64,000 nucleotides of DNA, from positions 320,001-384,000 of the forward strand of contig CBDASZ010000002.1 of the NCBI GenBank assembly GCA_965199755.1, given 5' to 3'. Positions 39,583 through 52,608 of this stretch are shown here, piece by piece. Below the pieces are notes generated by a model, which was given only the letters and a program-made list of their open reading frames with translations, ran no database searches and was not told the origin of the DNA. The DNA comes from an uncultured candidatus Porisulfidus sp. GTDB taxonomy: Bacteria > Pseudomonadota > Gammaproteobacteria > Poriferisulfidales > Poriferisulfidaceae. Position 1 is the stretch's first letter. Each line of letters opens with the position of its first letter. Position numbers and translations under genes: made by a program.

Positions 39583-40776
39583 CTAATCCAGTCGTGGCAG
39601 CGCCAGTTTCGGCCTTCGAAGGCTAGCACCCATGCCAAAACGCACCAGCCGGGTGCGCATTGCGGGAATGCCGGCGAGCATCATCATTCCCAACGCCTGC
39701 AATCCACGCGCGAGCGGATGACGCTGCATAAATCCAAGCGCCAGAAAATCAGTGAACACCGCCACCCGAAGCACGTCTTTCTCCCTATCCTTCGCGTATT
39801 GCTCAAGCACCTGCGGATCACCAGGGTCCGAGACTCCTTCGATATGTTGCGTCAGCCACGCGGCATCCCTGATCACCAGATTGAAGCCCTGCGCGGCAAC
39901 CGGATGAAAAGAACACGCGGCGTCCCCAATCAACACGCAGCGTCCCGCCACACGTTGGGCGGCGCGGGGAAACGCAAGCCGATACAAATGTCGCGGCCCG
40001 GCCTCGGTCACCTGCCCGGCCCGCCGCCCCAGCACCTGCTGCAGGTTCTGGCAGAACTGCGCATCATCCATACTCCCCACGCGAAGGGCCTCGCGATGCG
40101 ACTGCGCCCACACCAGCGCGCGCTTGCCCTCAAGGCATGGCAACAAAGCCAGAGGGCCTTGTGCAGTGAACCGCTCATACGCCCAGCCCTGCGCCTCTCG
40201 ATCCAGTCGCACTTCCGCAACCACCGCGCTCTGCCCATAGTCGACGATGTGTGTCTCAAGACCCAGCGCGTCGCGCAATTTCGATTGTGCGCCATCGGCA
40301 ACCACCAAAGCGCGCGCAGCTAGGGGTTTTTTCTCGCCGTGCGACGACAGTCGCAACTGCACTATCTCATCATCGTCAGAGGCTTCTTCCACCTCGGTAT
40401 TCATCAGAAAATCACACCGATACAGGGAGCGCAAACTCTCTTGCAGCACCTGCGCCAGACGCGCCGCCGAAACCACGTATCCCAACGCCGCAAGCCCTTC
40501 ATCGGTGGCGCGCAAGCAAGTGGTCCCGAACGCGCCGCGTCGCGACACGTCAATGTGAGTGACAGGAACACACTGCGCGGCCAGAGCATCCCAGACTCCG
40601 AGGGTCTGCAGCACCCGGCGCGAACTCACTGACAAGGCCAGATTGCGCGGGTCCTTCAGCGCCGCCACGCCAGAACCACGTTCCAGAACCGCCACATGCC
40701 AGCCCGATCGCACCAGCGCCAGCGCCTGGATTTGCCCGGCCAGCCCGCCGCCGGCAATCACGATATCGTATGCCAT
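39583..40776 (-). CDS. ubiH: 2-octaprenyl-6-methoxyphenol hydroxylase
   Basis: GGGLAG, FGTT.L.A, ALGYVV, DYGQSA, AYERFT..GPLALLP, HPVAAQGFNL..RD; pepP-ubiH-visC order. Confidence 0.88.
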   Translation of the reverse strand: MAYDIVIAGGGLAGQIQALALVRSGWHVAVLERGSGVAALKDPRNLALSVSSRRVLQTLGVWDALAAQCVPVTHIDVSRRGAFGTTCLRATDEGLAALGYVVSAARLAQVLQESLRSLYRCDFLMNTEVEEASDDDEIVQLRLSSHGEKKPLAARALVVADGAQSKLRDALGLETHIVDYGQSAVVAEVRLDREAQGWAYERFTAQGPLALLPCLEGKRALVWAQSHREALRVGSMDDAQFCQNLQQVLGRRAGQVTEAGPRHLYRLAFPRAAQRVAGRCVLIGDAACSFHPVAAQGFNLVIRDAAWLTQHIEGVSDPGDPQVLEQYAKDREKDVLRVAVFTDFLALGFMQRHPLARGLQALGMMMLAGIPAMRTRLVRFGMGASLRRPKLALPRLD

Positions 40777-42079
40777 CAGCCCAGCTCTGCGCCCACCATG
40801 CGGCAGACTTCATCCGGCTCCACCGGAAGATCATCACTCAAAATCTCCGGGCCGGACTTGCGAATCGCCACATCATCCTCAATGCGCACACCGATGTTGC
40901 GAAAGCGCTTCGGTATGCCCTTCAGTTCCGGTGAGAAATAAAGCCCCGGTTCAATGGTTGTGACCATGCCGGGGCGAAACGGCCGCGGCGTGTCACCGTG
41001 GAAATAATTGCCCACATCGTGCACATCCATACCCAGCCAATGAGACGTGTTGTGCATGAAAAACCGCGCGTATTCCTGACGCTTCCACAAGGTCTGCCAG
41101 CGCCCCTTAAGCAGTCCCAGAGAGACCAGACCACGGGTCAGGATGCGGGTCGCCACTCGATGCGGCTCCCGGCAATCATTACCGATTACGCAATTTTTGA
41201 TGGCGGCGGTGCGCGCTTCCAGAACCAACTCATAAATCTCGCGCTGCGCCGGGGTGAACGCGCCGCTGACCGGCCAAGTGCGAGTCAGATCGCTGGCGTA
41301 GTCCTGATACATGCCACCGCTGTCAATGAGCACCAGATCGCCGTCTTCGATCTGGCGGGTGTTCTCGGTGTAATGCAGGACGCACGCATTGGCACCTGAA
41401 GCGACAATATCCGAATACGCGAATTGCATATGATGTCTCAGGCGCTCATAGTTCAACTCTGCCTGCAATTCATATTCGTAGCAGCCCGGCTGCGCCCGCG
41501 CCATGGCGCGGCGGTGCGACTGTATGCAAATCTCGGTGGAGCGGCGCATCAGCGCCAGTTCTGAGCGGCTTTTGAACAGCCGCATCTCATGCAGCTTTCG
41601 CTCCAGATTGCGAATCGCGTGCGGCGAACTCACCCCCAGACGATTGGCCGCCGGGTCACTGTGACTCATCAGTCGGTCCAGCATCGGGTTCTTGCCGAGC
41701 GTATACCACACCGAATCCCTGCCTTCGATCAATTCCGGCACTTTCTCATGCAGCGTCTCGATCGGATAGGCCGCATCTGCGCCATAGTCCTCGCAGGCAC
41801 CTTCCAGCCCCGCGCAATGCCCTTCCCAGCGCTCGGCCACCGGATCATGCGCAGCGCAAAACATCACAAACTCACCCTGCGGCGCGTTCGGCAGCAACAC
41901 CACCACTGCGTCCGGCTCGCGAAAGCCGGTCAGATACAGAAAGTCGCTGTCCTGGCGAAACGGCAAAGAGACGTCTCTGCTGTGCGGCTGCTCTGATGCG
42001 GCCGGGATGACGACCGCGTCGTTCGCACCAATGGCGCGCATCAGTCGCGCGCGACGACGGGCGTATTCGGTGGACAAAA

Positions 42080-42083
<4 letters not shown>
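40776..42083 (-). CDS. pepP: Xaa-Pro aminopeptidase
   Basis: FRQDSDF.YLTGF.EP, LHY, DSG....YASD.TRT.P, H..SHWLGMDVHD, TIEPGLY, GVRIEDD. Confidence 0.95.
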
Positions 42084-44306
<2,223 letters not shown>

Positions 44307-44576
44307 TCAGTCAGCCGCCGGAGTCGGCGTTACAGAGACGTAAGTGCGCGCTTCGCGTCCACGCTTGCGGAACGCCACCTGTCCGTCCACACGGGCGTAC
44401 AAGGTGTGATCGCGCCCCACGCCAACGAACGGGCCGGCCCGATAACGGGTGCCGCGCTGGCGTACCAGAATGGTGCCGGCGCTGACCTGCTGGCCGCCAA
44501 AGCGCTTCACGCCCAGACGTTTGGATTCGGAATCGCGACCGTTGCGGGAACTGCCGCCGGATTTCTTGTGTGCCAT
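44307..44576 (-). CDS. rpmA: 50S ribosomal protein L27
   Basis: [27 protein letters not shown]. Confidence 0.98.
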   Translation of the reverse strand: MAHKKSGGSSRNGRDSESKRLGVKRFGGQQVSAGTILVRQRGTRYRAGPFVGVGRDHTLYARVDGQVAFRKRGREARTYVSVTPTPAAD

Positions 44577-44583
44577 GATCGTA

Positions 44584-44895
44584 TCAGTGCTTGATGTCCT
44601 GAATCTGAACTTCGGTCCAGTGCTGTCGGTGTCCGGTGCGCGTCTTGGAATCCTTGCGCCGGCGAAACTTGACCACGTGAATCTTCGGCGCACGGCCATG
44701 CGCGGTCACCTGCGCGGTCACCTGCGAGCCGTCCACCGTCGGCGTACCGATCTGCGTGTTGTCGCTCTCGGAAATCAGCAAAACGCGGTCAAAGGCGATT
44801 TCTTCGCCCGGCTCGTGCGGCAGGCGCTCCACACGAATGGTGTCGCCCGGTGCCACGCGGTACTGCTTGCCGCCCGTCTCAATGACTGCATACAT
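44584..44895 (-). CDS. rplU: 50S ribosomal protein L21
   Basis: [24 protein letters not shown]. Confidence 0.98.
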   Translation of the reverse strand: MYAVIETGGKQYRVAPGDTIRVERLPHEPGEEIAFDRVLLISESDNTQIGTPTVDGSQVTAQVTAHGRAPKIHVVKFRRRKDSKTRTGHRQHWTEVQIQDIKH

Positions 44896-45048
44896 GGTCA
44901 ATCTCAGGATGAGGTCTGTTTGGGGCGCGCATTTTATCAGATAGCGGCAAACACGCGCACTTTTTGTCGTGCTGACAAATCGAACCAAGATGATGCCGGC
45001 AGCCCCTTCCCATTAAAATGACCGCTCCTGCTTCTTCATCTTTTCCTC

Positions 45049-46524
45049 ATGGCAGATCGCGCAAGCCCTTCGCTGGCTGAGTTCAATCGGTTCTGCGCCG
45101 ATGGCTGCACTCATGTACCTGTGACCCTGAGCCTGCCTGCCGGGACGCGCAGTGCGTCCGAGTTGTACGCGTTGTATGCCGAGCACGCCAGCAGTTATCT
45201 GCTGGAATCCGGAGAGACCGACTCGCCTGCCGGACGCTATTCGATCATTGGCCTGCCCGGTACCACCGAGTTGCTGTATCAGGATGGTATCTTCCGCATT
45301 CTCACCGACGGGGCTGAACAGCATCGTGAAGAGACGCCAGATCCTCTGCCGCATGTCGAAGCCTATCTGCGCGCGCTCAAGGTCGCCCCGCTTCCGCAAC
45401 CACTGCGCTTCAGCGGCGGACTGGTCGGATACTTCGGATATGACCTGGTGCGCGCCATTGAACCAGTGTTGCGCGGACACCGCCCCCCTGATCCGCTGGG
45501 TCTGCCGGAGTTGTGGCTGATGCTGTCGAGCGAACTGATTGTGCTCGACAACCATCGCCGCGAAATCATGCTCATCGTCAACCAGTCCACGCAGGATCCC
45601 TCTCCTTATGAGACCGGCTGCCAGCGACTTGAGGAAATGTGCGTGCAAGTGCTGGAGACCCCGGAATTGCCTCCGCTACAGGAGACTGAATCCTCGGATA
45701 CCGAGTTTGCCTCCGGTTTCGCGCAGGAGGGGTTTTGCGACGCCGTGCGCACGGCGCGCGGATACATCATTGCCGGCGATTTGATGCAAGTGGTGCTGGC
45801 GCAGCGGCTCAGCCGGCCTTTCGCGGGCAGTCCGTTCAACCTGTATCGCGGCCTGCATGCGCTGAACCCCTCGCCGTATATGTACTGCCTGAATTTCGGC
45901 CCCCTGCAGATTGTCGGCTCCAGCCCGGAAATTCTGGTGCGGCGCGAGCACGATGCGATCACCGTGCGCCCCATCGCCGGCACGCGCTGGCGCGGCGAAA
46001 CCGAGCAGGAAGATCAGCGGCTTGAGGCCGAACTGCTGGCCGACCCCAAGGAACGCGCCGAGCACCTGATGCTGATTGACCTCGGACGTAACGACATCGG
46101 GCGCGTGTGCCGCCCCGGCACGGTGCAGCTGACTGAAAACATGCTCATCGAGCGCTACTCCCATGTCATGCACATGGTCTCCAATGTCGAAGGCCGACTG
46201 CGCCCGGACACCTCCACTTTGGACGTGCTGCGCGCCACCTTCCCGGCCGGCACGGTCAGCGGCGCACCAAAAATCCGCGCGATGCAAATCATCGACGAAC
46301 TTGAACCGGTCAGCCGCGGCGTCTACGCCGGTGCGGTGGGCTATTTCGGCTGGGACGGCAACTTGGATACCGCCATCGCCATTCGCACGGCAATCGTCCA
46401 CGATGGACACATTCATGTGCAGGCCGGAGCTGGTATCGTTTACGATTCTGTGCCGGAACGGGAGTGGCACGAAACCATGCACAAGGCGCAAGCCCTGCTG
46501 CAGGTCGCCAATCGCTACCGCTAA
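45049..46524 (+). CDS. trpE: Anthranilate synthase component I
   Basis: YLLES, GRYSIIG, NPSPYMY, GSSPEILV, RPIAGTR, KERAEH.ML.DLGRND, PAGT.SGAPK.RAM, QAGAGIV. Confidence 0.96.
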   Translation: MADRASPSLAEFNRFCADGCTHVPVTLSLPAGTRSASELYALYAEHASSYLLESGETDSPAGRYSIIGLPGTTELLYQDGIFRILTDGAEQHREETPDPLPHVEAYLRALKVAPLPQPLRFSGGLVGYFGYDLVRAIEPVLRGHRPPDPLGLPELWLMLSSELIVLDNHRREIMLIVNQSTQDPSPYETGCQRLEEMCVQVLETPELPPLQETESSDTEFASGFAQEGFCDAVRTARGYIIAGDLMQVVLAQRLSRPFAGSPFNLYRGLHALNPSPYMYCLNFGPLQIVGSSPEILVRREHDAITVRPIAGTRWRGETEQEDQRLEAELLADPKERAEHLMLIDLGRNDIGRVCRPGTVQLTENMLIERYSHVMHMVSNVEGRLRPDTSTLDVLRATFPAGTVSGAPKIRAMQIIDELEPVSRGVYAGAVGYFGWDGNLDTAIAIRTAIVHDGHIHVQAGAGIVYDSVPEREWHETMHKAQALLQVANRYR

Positions 46525-46536
46525 CAATATGCCGTC

Positions 46537-47109
46537 ATGCTGCTGATCATCGACAACTACGATTCCTTCACCTACAACCTGGTGCAGTACTTCGGCGAGC
46601 TCGGCGTCGACGTCAAGGTGGCGAGAAATGATCAGATCAGCATTGACGCGATCCACGCCATGGCTCCAAAATATCTGGTAATCTCACCGGGACCCTGCAC
46701 GCCCAACGAAGCCGGCATCTCAGTCGAGGCGGTGCGTGAGTTTGCCGGGCAGATTCCCCTGTTCGGGGTGTGTCTGGGTCATCAGAGCATCGCGCAAGCG
46801 TATGGCGGCACCATCATCCGCGCCCAGCACATCATGCACGGCAAAACGTCCGAGATTCAGCATCAAGACGACGCACTGTTCTCAGGACTGCCGCAACCCA
46901 TGGTCGCGACCCGCTATCATTCGCTGGTGGTACGGCGAGAGGATTTCCCTGCCGCACTCAATATCACCGCTTGGACCGACGACGAGGATCAGGAAATTAT
47001 GGGCCTACAGCACGAACACGAGCCAGTCTTCGGCGTGCAGTTTCACCCAGAGTCCATTCTCACTGAATGCGGCCACCAGTTGCTGCAAAACTTCCTCGAC
47101 AGCGCATGA
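46537..47109 (+). CDS. trpG: Anthranilate synthase component II (glutamine amidotransferase)
   Basis: [35 protein letters not shown]. Confidence 0.96.
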   Translation: MLLIIDNYDSFTYNLVQYFGELGVDVKVARNDQISIDAIHAMAPKYLVISPGPCTPNEAGISVEAVREFAGQIPLFGVCLGHQSIAQAYGGTIIRAQHIMHGKTSEIQHQDDALFSGLPQPMVATRYHSLVVRREDFPAALNITAWTDDEDQEIMGLQHEHEPVFGVQFHPESILTECGHQLLQNFLDSA

Positions 47110-48140
47110 CCCCGCAAGACGCCCTCACGCACGCACGCGCCGGAGACGATCTCGACGCCGCCCAAATGGAGGCTGTAATGCGCGCCATCATGGCCGGAGA
47201 AGTGGCACCGAAATTGCTCAAGGAATTGTTGCTTGCGTGGCGCGACAAAGGTGAGGCGGTTTCAGAGATCGTCGGTGCCGCACGCGCCATGCGCGCCGCT
47301 TCCATACACATTGAACTCACCGGAGAGCGTATTATCGACACCTGCGGAACCGGTGGCGATGGCTTGGGCGTATTCAATGTCTCAACTGCCGTCGCGATCG
47401 TGGCGGCCAGCGCCGGTGTGCGCGTCGCCAAGCATGGCAACCGCGCTGTCAGTTCCACCAGCGGCAGCGCCGATGTGCTGGCCGCGGCCGGCGTGGCTAT
47501 TGATCTGCAGCCGGACTCGGTGCGTCAGTGCATTGAAGCCATTGATGTGGGATTTCTGTTCGCGCCTTCGCACCATCCGGCCATGCGCCATGCCGCCCCT
47601 GTACGCAAGGAAATTGGTACGCGCACCATATTCAACCTGCTCGGCCCACTGAGCAATCCGGCGGGTGCCACCCATCAGTTGATTGGCCTGTTCGACGCAC
47701 AGTGGCTGACTCCCTACGCCGAGACGCTGCGTGAGCTGGGAGTCCAGCGCGCTCTGGTGGTGCATGCCCAAGACGGCATGGACGAAGTCTCATTGAATGC
47801 GCCGACTGATTATGTGTTGCTCGATCGCGGCTCGATTCACTCCGGCACGATTGATTCTGCGGATTACGGCCTCGAAGCGGTGAATATGGAAGCCCTGCAG
47901 GCGAACTCCGCAGAGCACAGCCTGCAGCGCATCACTGATGCCTTTGCGGGCAATGCGTCACCGGCCGCGGATCTGCTCTGTCTAAACGCCGCTGCCGCCT
48001 TGTATGTTGCTGAACACGCACAGGATATGGAAGACGGCATACGTCTTGTGCGCGAATTGCTGCACAGTGGTGCGGCCGCGGACAAATTCTCGGAACTAAT
48101 CACCACCACCCAGCGCCTGCGCGCTGAAGAACCTGAGTGA
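47106..48140 (+). CDS. trpD: Anthranilate phosphoribosyltransferase
   Basis: [41 protein letters not shown]. Confidence 0.97.
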   Translation: MTPQDALTHARAGDDLDAAQMEAVMRAIMAGEVAPKLLKELLLAWRDKGEAVSEIVGAARAMRAASIHIELTGERIIDTCGTGGDGLGVFNVSTAVAIVAASAGVRVAKHGNRAVSSTSGSADVLAAAGVAIDLQPDSVRQCIEAIDVGFLFAPSHHPAMRHAAPVRKEIGTRTIFNLLGPLSNPAGATHQLIGLFDAQWLTPYAETLRELGVQRALVVHAQDGMDEVSLNAPTDYVLLDRGSIHSGTIDSADYGLEAVNMEALQANSAEHSLQRITDAFAGNASPAADLLCLNAAAALYVAEHAQDMEDGIRLVRELLHSGAAADKFSELITTTQRLRAEEPE

Positions 48141-48172
48141 TTATCAGGAACAGGACGCAACTTTCCCTGTTT

Positions 48173-48924
48173 CTAACGCTCCCGCTTGCTCAAGAAATTA
48201 ATCAACTCAGGCCAGTTCACATTGCCTGATTCGTCCAGAACACCCGCCTCACCCTGCATAAAGCGCACAATATCGTCAACGGTCTCCTGCTTGGCTTGCT
48301 GCAGACCGTTTTCCGAGTGCTTCCCGACCACATCCATAATGGCCTGGTATGTCCCGGACCAGTTCGAGATCTCTTCCCAAAAGGTCGCCCCACAAACCCT
48401 TACATGAGTTCCCAGTTCTTCCCAGCCATCTACTCCGTAACTGATGCCTTCAATACAACGCACGTGCATCTCTCGATCCTGCTCTCGCAGTCTTTTGGTT
48501 GCCGCCGCAAATAATTTTCTTAACTGCGCCTTTTGAGAGAAATTCCCCCAACTTATGCCGGACTTCACCTGCACAAGCACATGTTCCTTGCCAGATGCCA
48601 CATATTCCAGGTCGATGCCCTCGGCGCTGGATTTCCAACCCTGTCTTCCATATCTGCACACGATTAGTGCGCACTCTCCAAAAAGATTGCCGAATCGGGT
48701 TCCTCGCTTGCGGTAAACCAGGCATCCACGATCCTTTGAGCGTAACCATCGCCTTTGGTTGCTGCTCTGATTCGCATTAAGAACGGGTTGGCCCGATCCA
48801 ATACCAGTTGAGGCTTCTCGCCCTGCTCAATAAGTTTCTCGCGCAAGCCCGAAGAAAATTTCTGCATGGCGCGATCAATCTCCGCTTCAGCAGCAGGCCA
48901 CCAATCAGGTCTGCCCGATTTCAT
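48173..48924 (-). pseudogene. PmeII-like type II restriction endonuclease split by a 1-nt deletion near 48700
   Basis: Adding one base joins ...NPFL...DAWFTASEE to TRFGNLFGECALIVCRY..GWKSSAEGIDLE...VQVKSG..WGN.SQ...CGATFWEEIS (PD-(D/E)xK type). Confidence 0.72.
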
Positions 48925-49859
48925 TCGGATAGCCTGTTGCGCATTAACTCACAGTATTTTTCCGAAGTGTCTATGCCAATGCTATGGCGCCCTAGTTCCT
49001 GGGCTGCGACAAGAGTTGTCCCTAATCCTGCGAAAGGATCCAGTACTACATCCTCGGGATCAGTAAATAATTTGATAAACCAGGATGGTAGTTGCTTCGG
49101 GAAGGTCGCCGGATGCCCCTTGAAGCCGCATTCCGTCGCCAAGTGCAGCACGTTGGTCGGGTAAACGCTGTCACGACCGACCCAGTTGGCGATGCGTTTC
49201 CCAAAACCATTCTCATGTCTGGACAAATCCCGTACCTTATCTGTATCAGACAGGTTCTGCAACCGGCTTTCCGCCCAATCCCCAACTGGCTCCTTCACTG
49301 CTTCCTGTCGCATCTTGAAGTCTTTCTCCAAAGCGAAATGCAGTAACCTCTCCCAGCTGTCTCTAAACCGGTTTGGCCATTTCCCCGGATAGCAATTTCT
49401 CTTGTGCCACATGTACTCATCGACCCAGCGCCATCCCTGCACGCGCATGGCCATAATGAGTTCAAGAACATAGGTGTGTCGCTCACCATTGACTACTTTC
49501 TCTTTGATGTTCAGCACAAAGGAGCCTTTCGGATTCAGTACTTTGCGGACGGCCTCCGCTCTGGGCATGAACCACTCCACATACTGATCCGGATGGATTC
49601 CTCCATAATTGCTTTTGCGCTGGTCCGCGTATGGCGGCGAGGTGATCACCAAATCCACGCTTTGGGGCGCAACGCATTTCTCGGTGCCTAGCACCTCAAG
49701 ACAATCACCTTGATGCACGTCAGCCCAAACCGCAGCATTGCTGGGCTCAATAATGCCGGGAAAGATGGACTGTTGAGGCGTATTCTTGGGTCCCGAAGCG
49801 CGCAGTGGCGGCTGCTTCACTGCTGTGTGCCGAACTGCCGTCTGGTTGGCCTGTGCCAT
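48921..49859 (-). CDS. Beta-class N4-cytosine/N6-adenine DNA methyltransferase
   Basis: GDCL, LVITSPPY, HPATFP..LP.WFIKLFT, VLDPFAGLGTT; ATGA overlap with the endonuclease start. Confidence 0.93.
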   Translation of the reverse strand: MAQANQTAVRHTAVKQPPLRASGPKNTPQQSIFPGIIEPSNAAVWADVHQGDCLEVLGTEKCVAPQSVDLVITSPPYADQRKSNYGGIHPDQYVEWFMPRAEAVRKVLNPKGSFVLNIKEKVVNGERHTYVLELIMAMRVQGWRWVDEYMWHKRNCYPGKWPNRFRDSWERLLHFALEKDFKMRQEAVKEPVGDWAESRLQNLSDTDKVRDLSRHENGFGKRIANWVGRDSVYPTNVLHLATECGFKGHPATFPKQLPSWFIKLFTDPEDVVLDPFAGLGTTLVAAQELGRHSIGIDTSEKYCELMRNRLSE

Positions 49860-50061
49860 TATTCAGTTCCCTCAAAAGCCAATGCTGATTCTACTCTAAA
49901 TCGGTTTTGTATAATTTTTCCCTGCAAATAAAGGGCTACAGAACAGACTGCTAAAAATTCGTCTTGAAAAGTAGTAAAAAACTAGCGTATTCCACAGCAA
50001 GCCAACATAGATTCTCGTAATGCTTTCATTCAGGCGCAACTAATAATGGCACAATTAGTTG

Positions 50062-50853
50062 ATGAATATATTGAATGAAATTCTGGCGCACAAGCGCCAA
50101 GAGGTCGACAAACGCAAAGCGCGTATTTCCGAGTCGGCATTTCGGGAAATGGCAGCTGAAAACCCGCCGCCCGGCGGCTTTCGGGACGCCCTGCTCACCA
50201 CCATCAGCCAGCAGCGCCCAGCCATCATCGCCGAACTCAAGCGCGCCTCACCGAGTCGCGGCATTATTCGCGAGGATTTTCAGCCCACCGAGATTGCCGC
50301 CAACTACCAGCGCGGCGGTGCCAGCGCCTTGTCGGTACTCACAGATTCCCATTATTTCAAAGGCTCTGGCGTGATTCTGGAGTTTGCCCGACGTGGCTCC
50401 AGTCTGCCCATTCTGCGCAAGGATTTCATTATCGATCCTTATCAGATCTATGAGAGCTGCGCCATGGGTGCGGCCGCGATCCTGCTGATCGCCGCGGCAC
50501 TGGATGATGATACGCTGCGCGAATTGCGCGACTTGGCACGCAGTCAAGGTCTGGATGTTCTGGTCGAAGTGCATGATGCGGAAGAACTCGCAAGAGCAAA
50601 GGCAATTGATGCCGACATGATCGGCATCAACAACCGCGACATGAAAACCTTTGAAGTCAGCCTGGACACCACTCTCACTCTGGCCGAACAGATTTCAGAA
50701 GATTGTGTGGCCATATCGGAAAGCGGCATCTGCACCGCGGATGACATCGCAACTATCCGCGCCGCCGGCATTCATGCGTTTTTGGTTGGGGAATCGCTGA
50801 TGCGCTCGGAAGATCCAGGCGCACAACTGGCGGAACTGCTGGAGGGGTCGTGA
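50062..50853 (+). CDS. trpC: Indole-3-glycerol-phosphate synthase
   Basis: IIAELKRASPSRG, LSVLTD..YF.G, LRKDF, LVEVH, GINNR, SESGI, LVGESLM. Confidence 0.97.
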   Translation: MNILNEILAHKRQEVDKRKARISESAFREMAAENPPPGGFRDALLTTISQQRPAIIAELKRASPSRGIIREDFQPTEIAANYQRGGASALSVLTDSHYFKGSGVILEFARRGSSLPILRKDFIIDPYQIYESCAMGAAAILLIAAALDDDTLRELRDLARSQGLDVLVEVHDAEELARAKAIDADMIGINNRDMKTFEVSLDTTLTLAEQISEDCVAISESGICTADDIATIRAAGIHAFLVGESLMRSEDPGAQLAELLEGS

Positions 50854-51266
50854 AAGCACGGGTCTACTGGCAGGAACGCCGCACCTTTATTGGCGAATCC
50901 GGGAGCGGACACACTGTAGTCATGGACGGCTCACCGGAACATGGCGGCCGCGACCTGGCAGCCCGTCCGATGGAAATGCTGCTGCTCGGCATGGGTGGCT
51001 GCAGCGCCTTCGATGTGGTCAATATGCTGGAGCGGGCGCGCCAGCCGCTGACACAATTGGAACTGGAGATTGAAGCGGAGCGCGCTGAAGAAATCCCGCA
51101 AGTCTTCACACGCATCCACATCCGTTTCCGCGCCCATGGACCGGGACTGTCAGAAGCTCAGGTGCGCAACGCAGTGGAGTTGTCACTGACGAAATACTGT
51201 TCCGCCTCGCAAATGCTGGGACACACGGCTGAAATCACGCACGATCTGGAAGTCGAGACCGACTGA
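50850..51266 (+). CDS. OsmC-family protein (YhfA-like)
   Basis: GESGSGH.VVMDG, RPMEMLL.G.GGC, LS..KYCSAS. Confidence 0.92.
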   Translation: MKARVYWQERRTFIGESGSGHTVVMDGSPEHGGRDLAARPMEMLLLGMGGCSAFDVVNMLERARQPLTQLELEIEAERAEEIPQVFTRIHIRFRAHGPGLSEAQVRNAVELSLTKYCSASQMLGHTAEITHDLEVETD

Positions 51267-52570
51267 TGGGCGCGCCGCCCGAATGGGTCGCCTGGGACGC
51301 CCGCCATGTGTGGCACCCGTACGCTGCCATTCCTGAATCTCCCGCGCCGCTTCCGGTGATTGACACCGCCGGCGTGCGACTGCATCTGGCGAATGGGCGA
51401 GAACTGGTCGATGCCATGGCCTCATGGTGGTGCGTTATCCATGGCTATCGTCACCCGCATCTAGTCCGCGCCCTGCAGGAACAGACCGACACCGTGCCGC
51501 ATGTGATGTTCGGCGGCCTCACGCATGAACCAGCCGTACAACTGGCGCAGCAACTCGCGCAACAGATCGGTGATGAAACCGCACGGGTGTTTTTCTGCGA
51601 TTCCGGCTCCGTGGCCATCGAAGTGGCACTGAAAATGGCCTTGCAGTACTGGCAGGCGCGCGGAGAGCCTGCGCGCTGTCGATTCCTCGCACTGCGGGGC
51701 GGCTATCATGGCGATACTTTCGCAGCCATGTCTGTCAGCGACCCTGACAACAGTCTGCACGAGCACTTTCGCGCGCTGGTGCCGCCACAGCATTTCAGCG
51801 CGAAACCTCCCGCGGCCGGCTGTGATGATGAAGTACTGAATGCCGCTTACAATCGCTTTGAGAATGATTTGCGCAAGCATCGCAGTGAGTTGGCGGCTGT
51901 GGTTCTGGAGCCGATATTGCAAGGGGCCGGCGGATTCCACGTCTACGACGCGCGGTTTCTGCGCACAGTGGCGGAACTATGTAAGCAGCATGACGTCTTA
52001 CTGATTGCTGATGAAATTGCCACCGGCTTCGGTCGCACTGGAGAAATGTTCGCCTGCATGCACGCCGATGTGCGCCCGGATCTCATGTGCATCGGCAAGG
52101 CGCTCAGCGGAGGCACGTTGAGTCTCGCTGCCACCATCGCCCGCGGAGACATCGCCGAGGTCATCAGCCACGCAGGCATATTCCCGCATGGCCCTACTTT
52201 TATGGCCAACCCTGCGGCCTGCCGGGTCGCTCTTGCCAGTCTGGAATTGCTCCAGTCACGTGATTGGCGCGCGGAAGTCACCGCTATTGAGACGCTTCTG
52301 ATGCAAGAACTCATGCCCCTGCAGTCCGAATCTGGAGTAGCTTCGGTTCGCGTACTGGGCGCATTTGGAGTCGTCGAGATGAATGAGACGGTCGATGTCG
52401 CTGTCTGGCAACAGCATGCGATTGATCACGGGGTTTGGATTCGTCCGTTTCAGCGCTACGTCTACGTCATGCCGCCATTTGTTATCCAGGCATCGGAACT
52501 GAGGCAAGTCACCGACATGATCCGCAGCGGCGTCGACGCACTGCAAGCGCATCCCGAAGTCGGGGCCTGA
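51266..52570 (+). CDS. bioA: Adenosylmethionine-8-amino-7-oxononanoate aminotransferase
   Basis: WHPY, DAMASWW..IHGY, HVMFGG.TH, DSGS.A.EVALK, YHGDT, DEIATGFGRTG, GKAL.GG. Confidence 0.96.
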   Translation: MGAPPEWVAWDARHVWHPYAAIPESPAPLPVIDTAGVRLHLANGRELVDAMASWWCVIHGYRHPHLVRALQEQTDTVPHVMFGGLTHEPAVQLAQQLAQQIGDETARVFFCDSGSVAIEVALKMALQYWQARGEPARCRFLALRGGYHGDTFAAMSVSDPDNSLHEHFRALVPPQHFSAKPPAAGCDDEVLNAAYNRFENDLRKHRSELAAVVLEPILQGAGGFHVYDARFLRTVAELCKQHDVLLIADEIATGFGRTGEMFACMHADVRPDLMCIGKALSGGTLSLAATIARGDIAEVISHAGIFPHGPTFMANPAACRVALASLELLQSRDWRAEVTAIETLLMQELMPLQSESGVASVRVLGAFGVVEMNETVDVAVWQQHAIDHGVWIRPFQRYVYVMPPFVIQASELRQVTDMIRSGVDALQAHPEVGA

Positions 52571-52608
52571 TAAAGACTAGAGAAAATACCCGCAGAGTGC
52601 AGGAGGGC

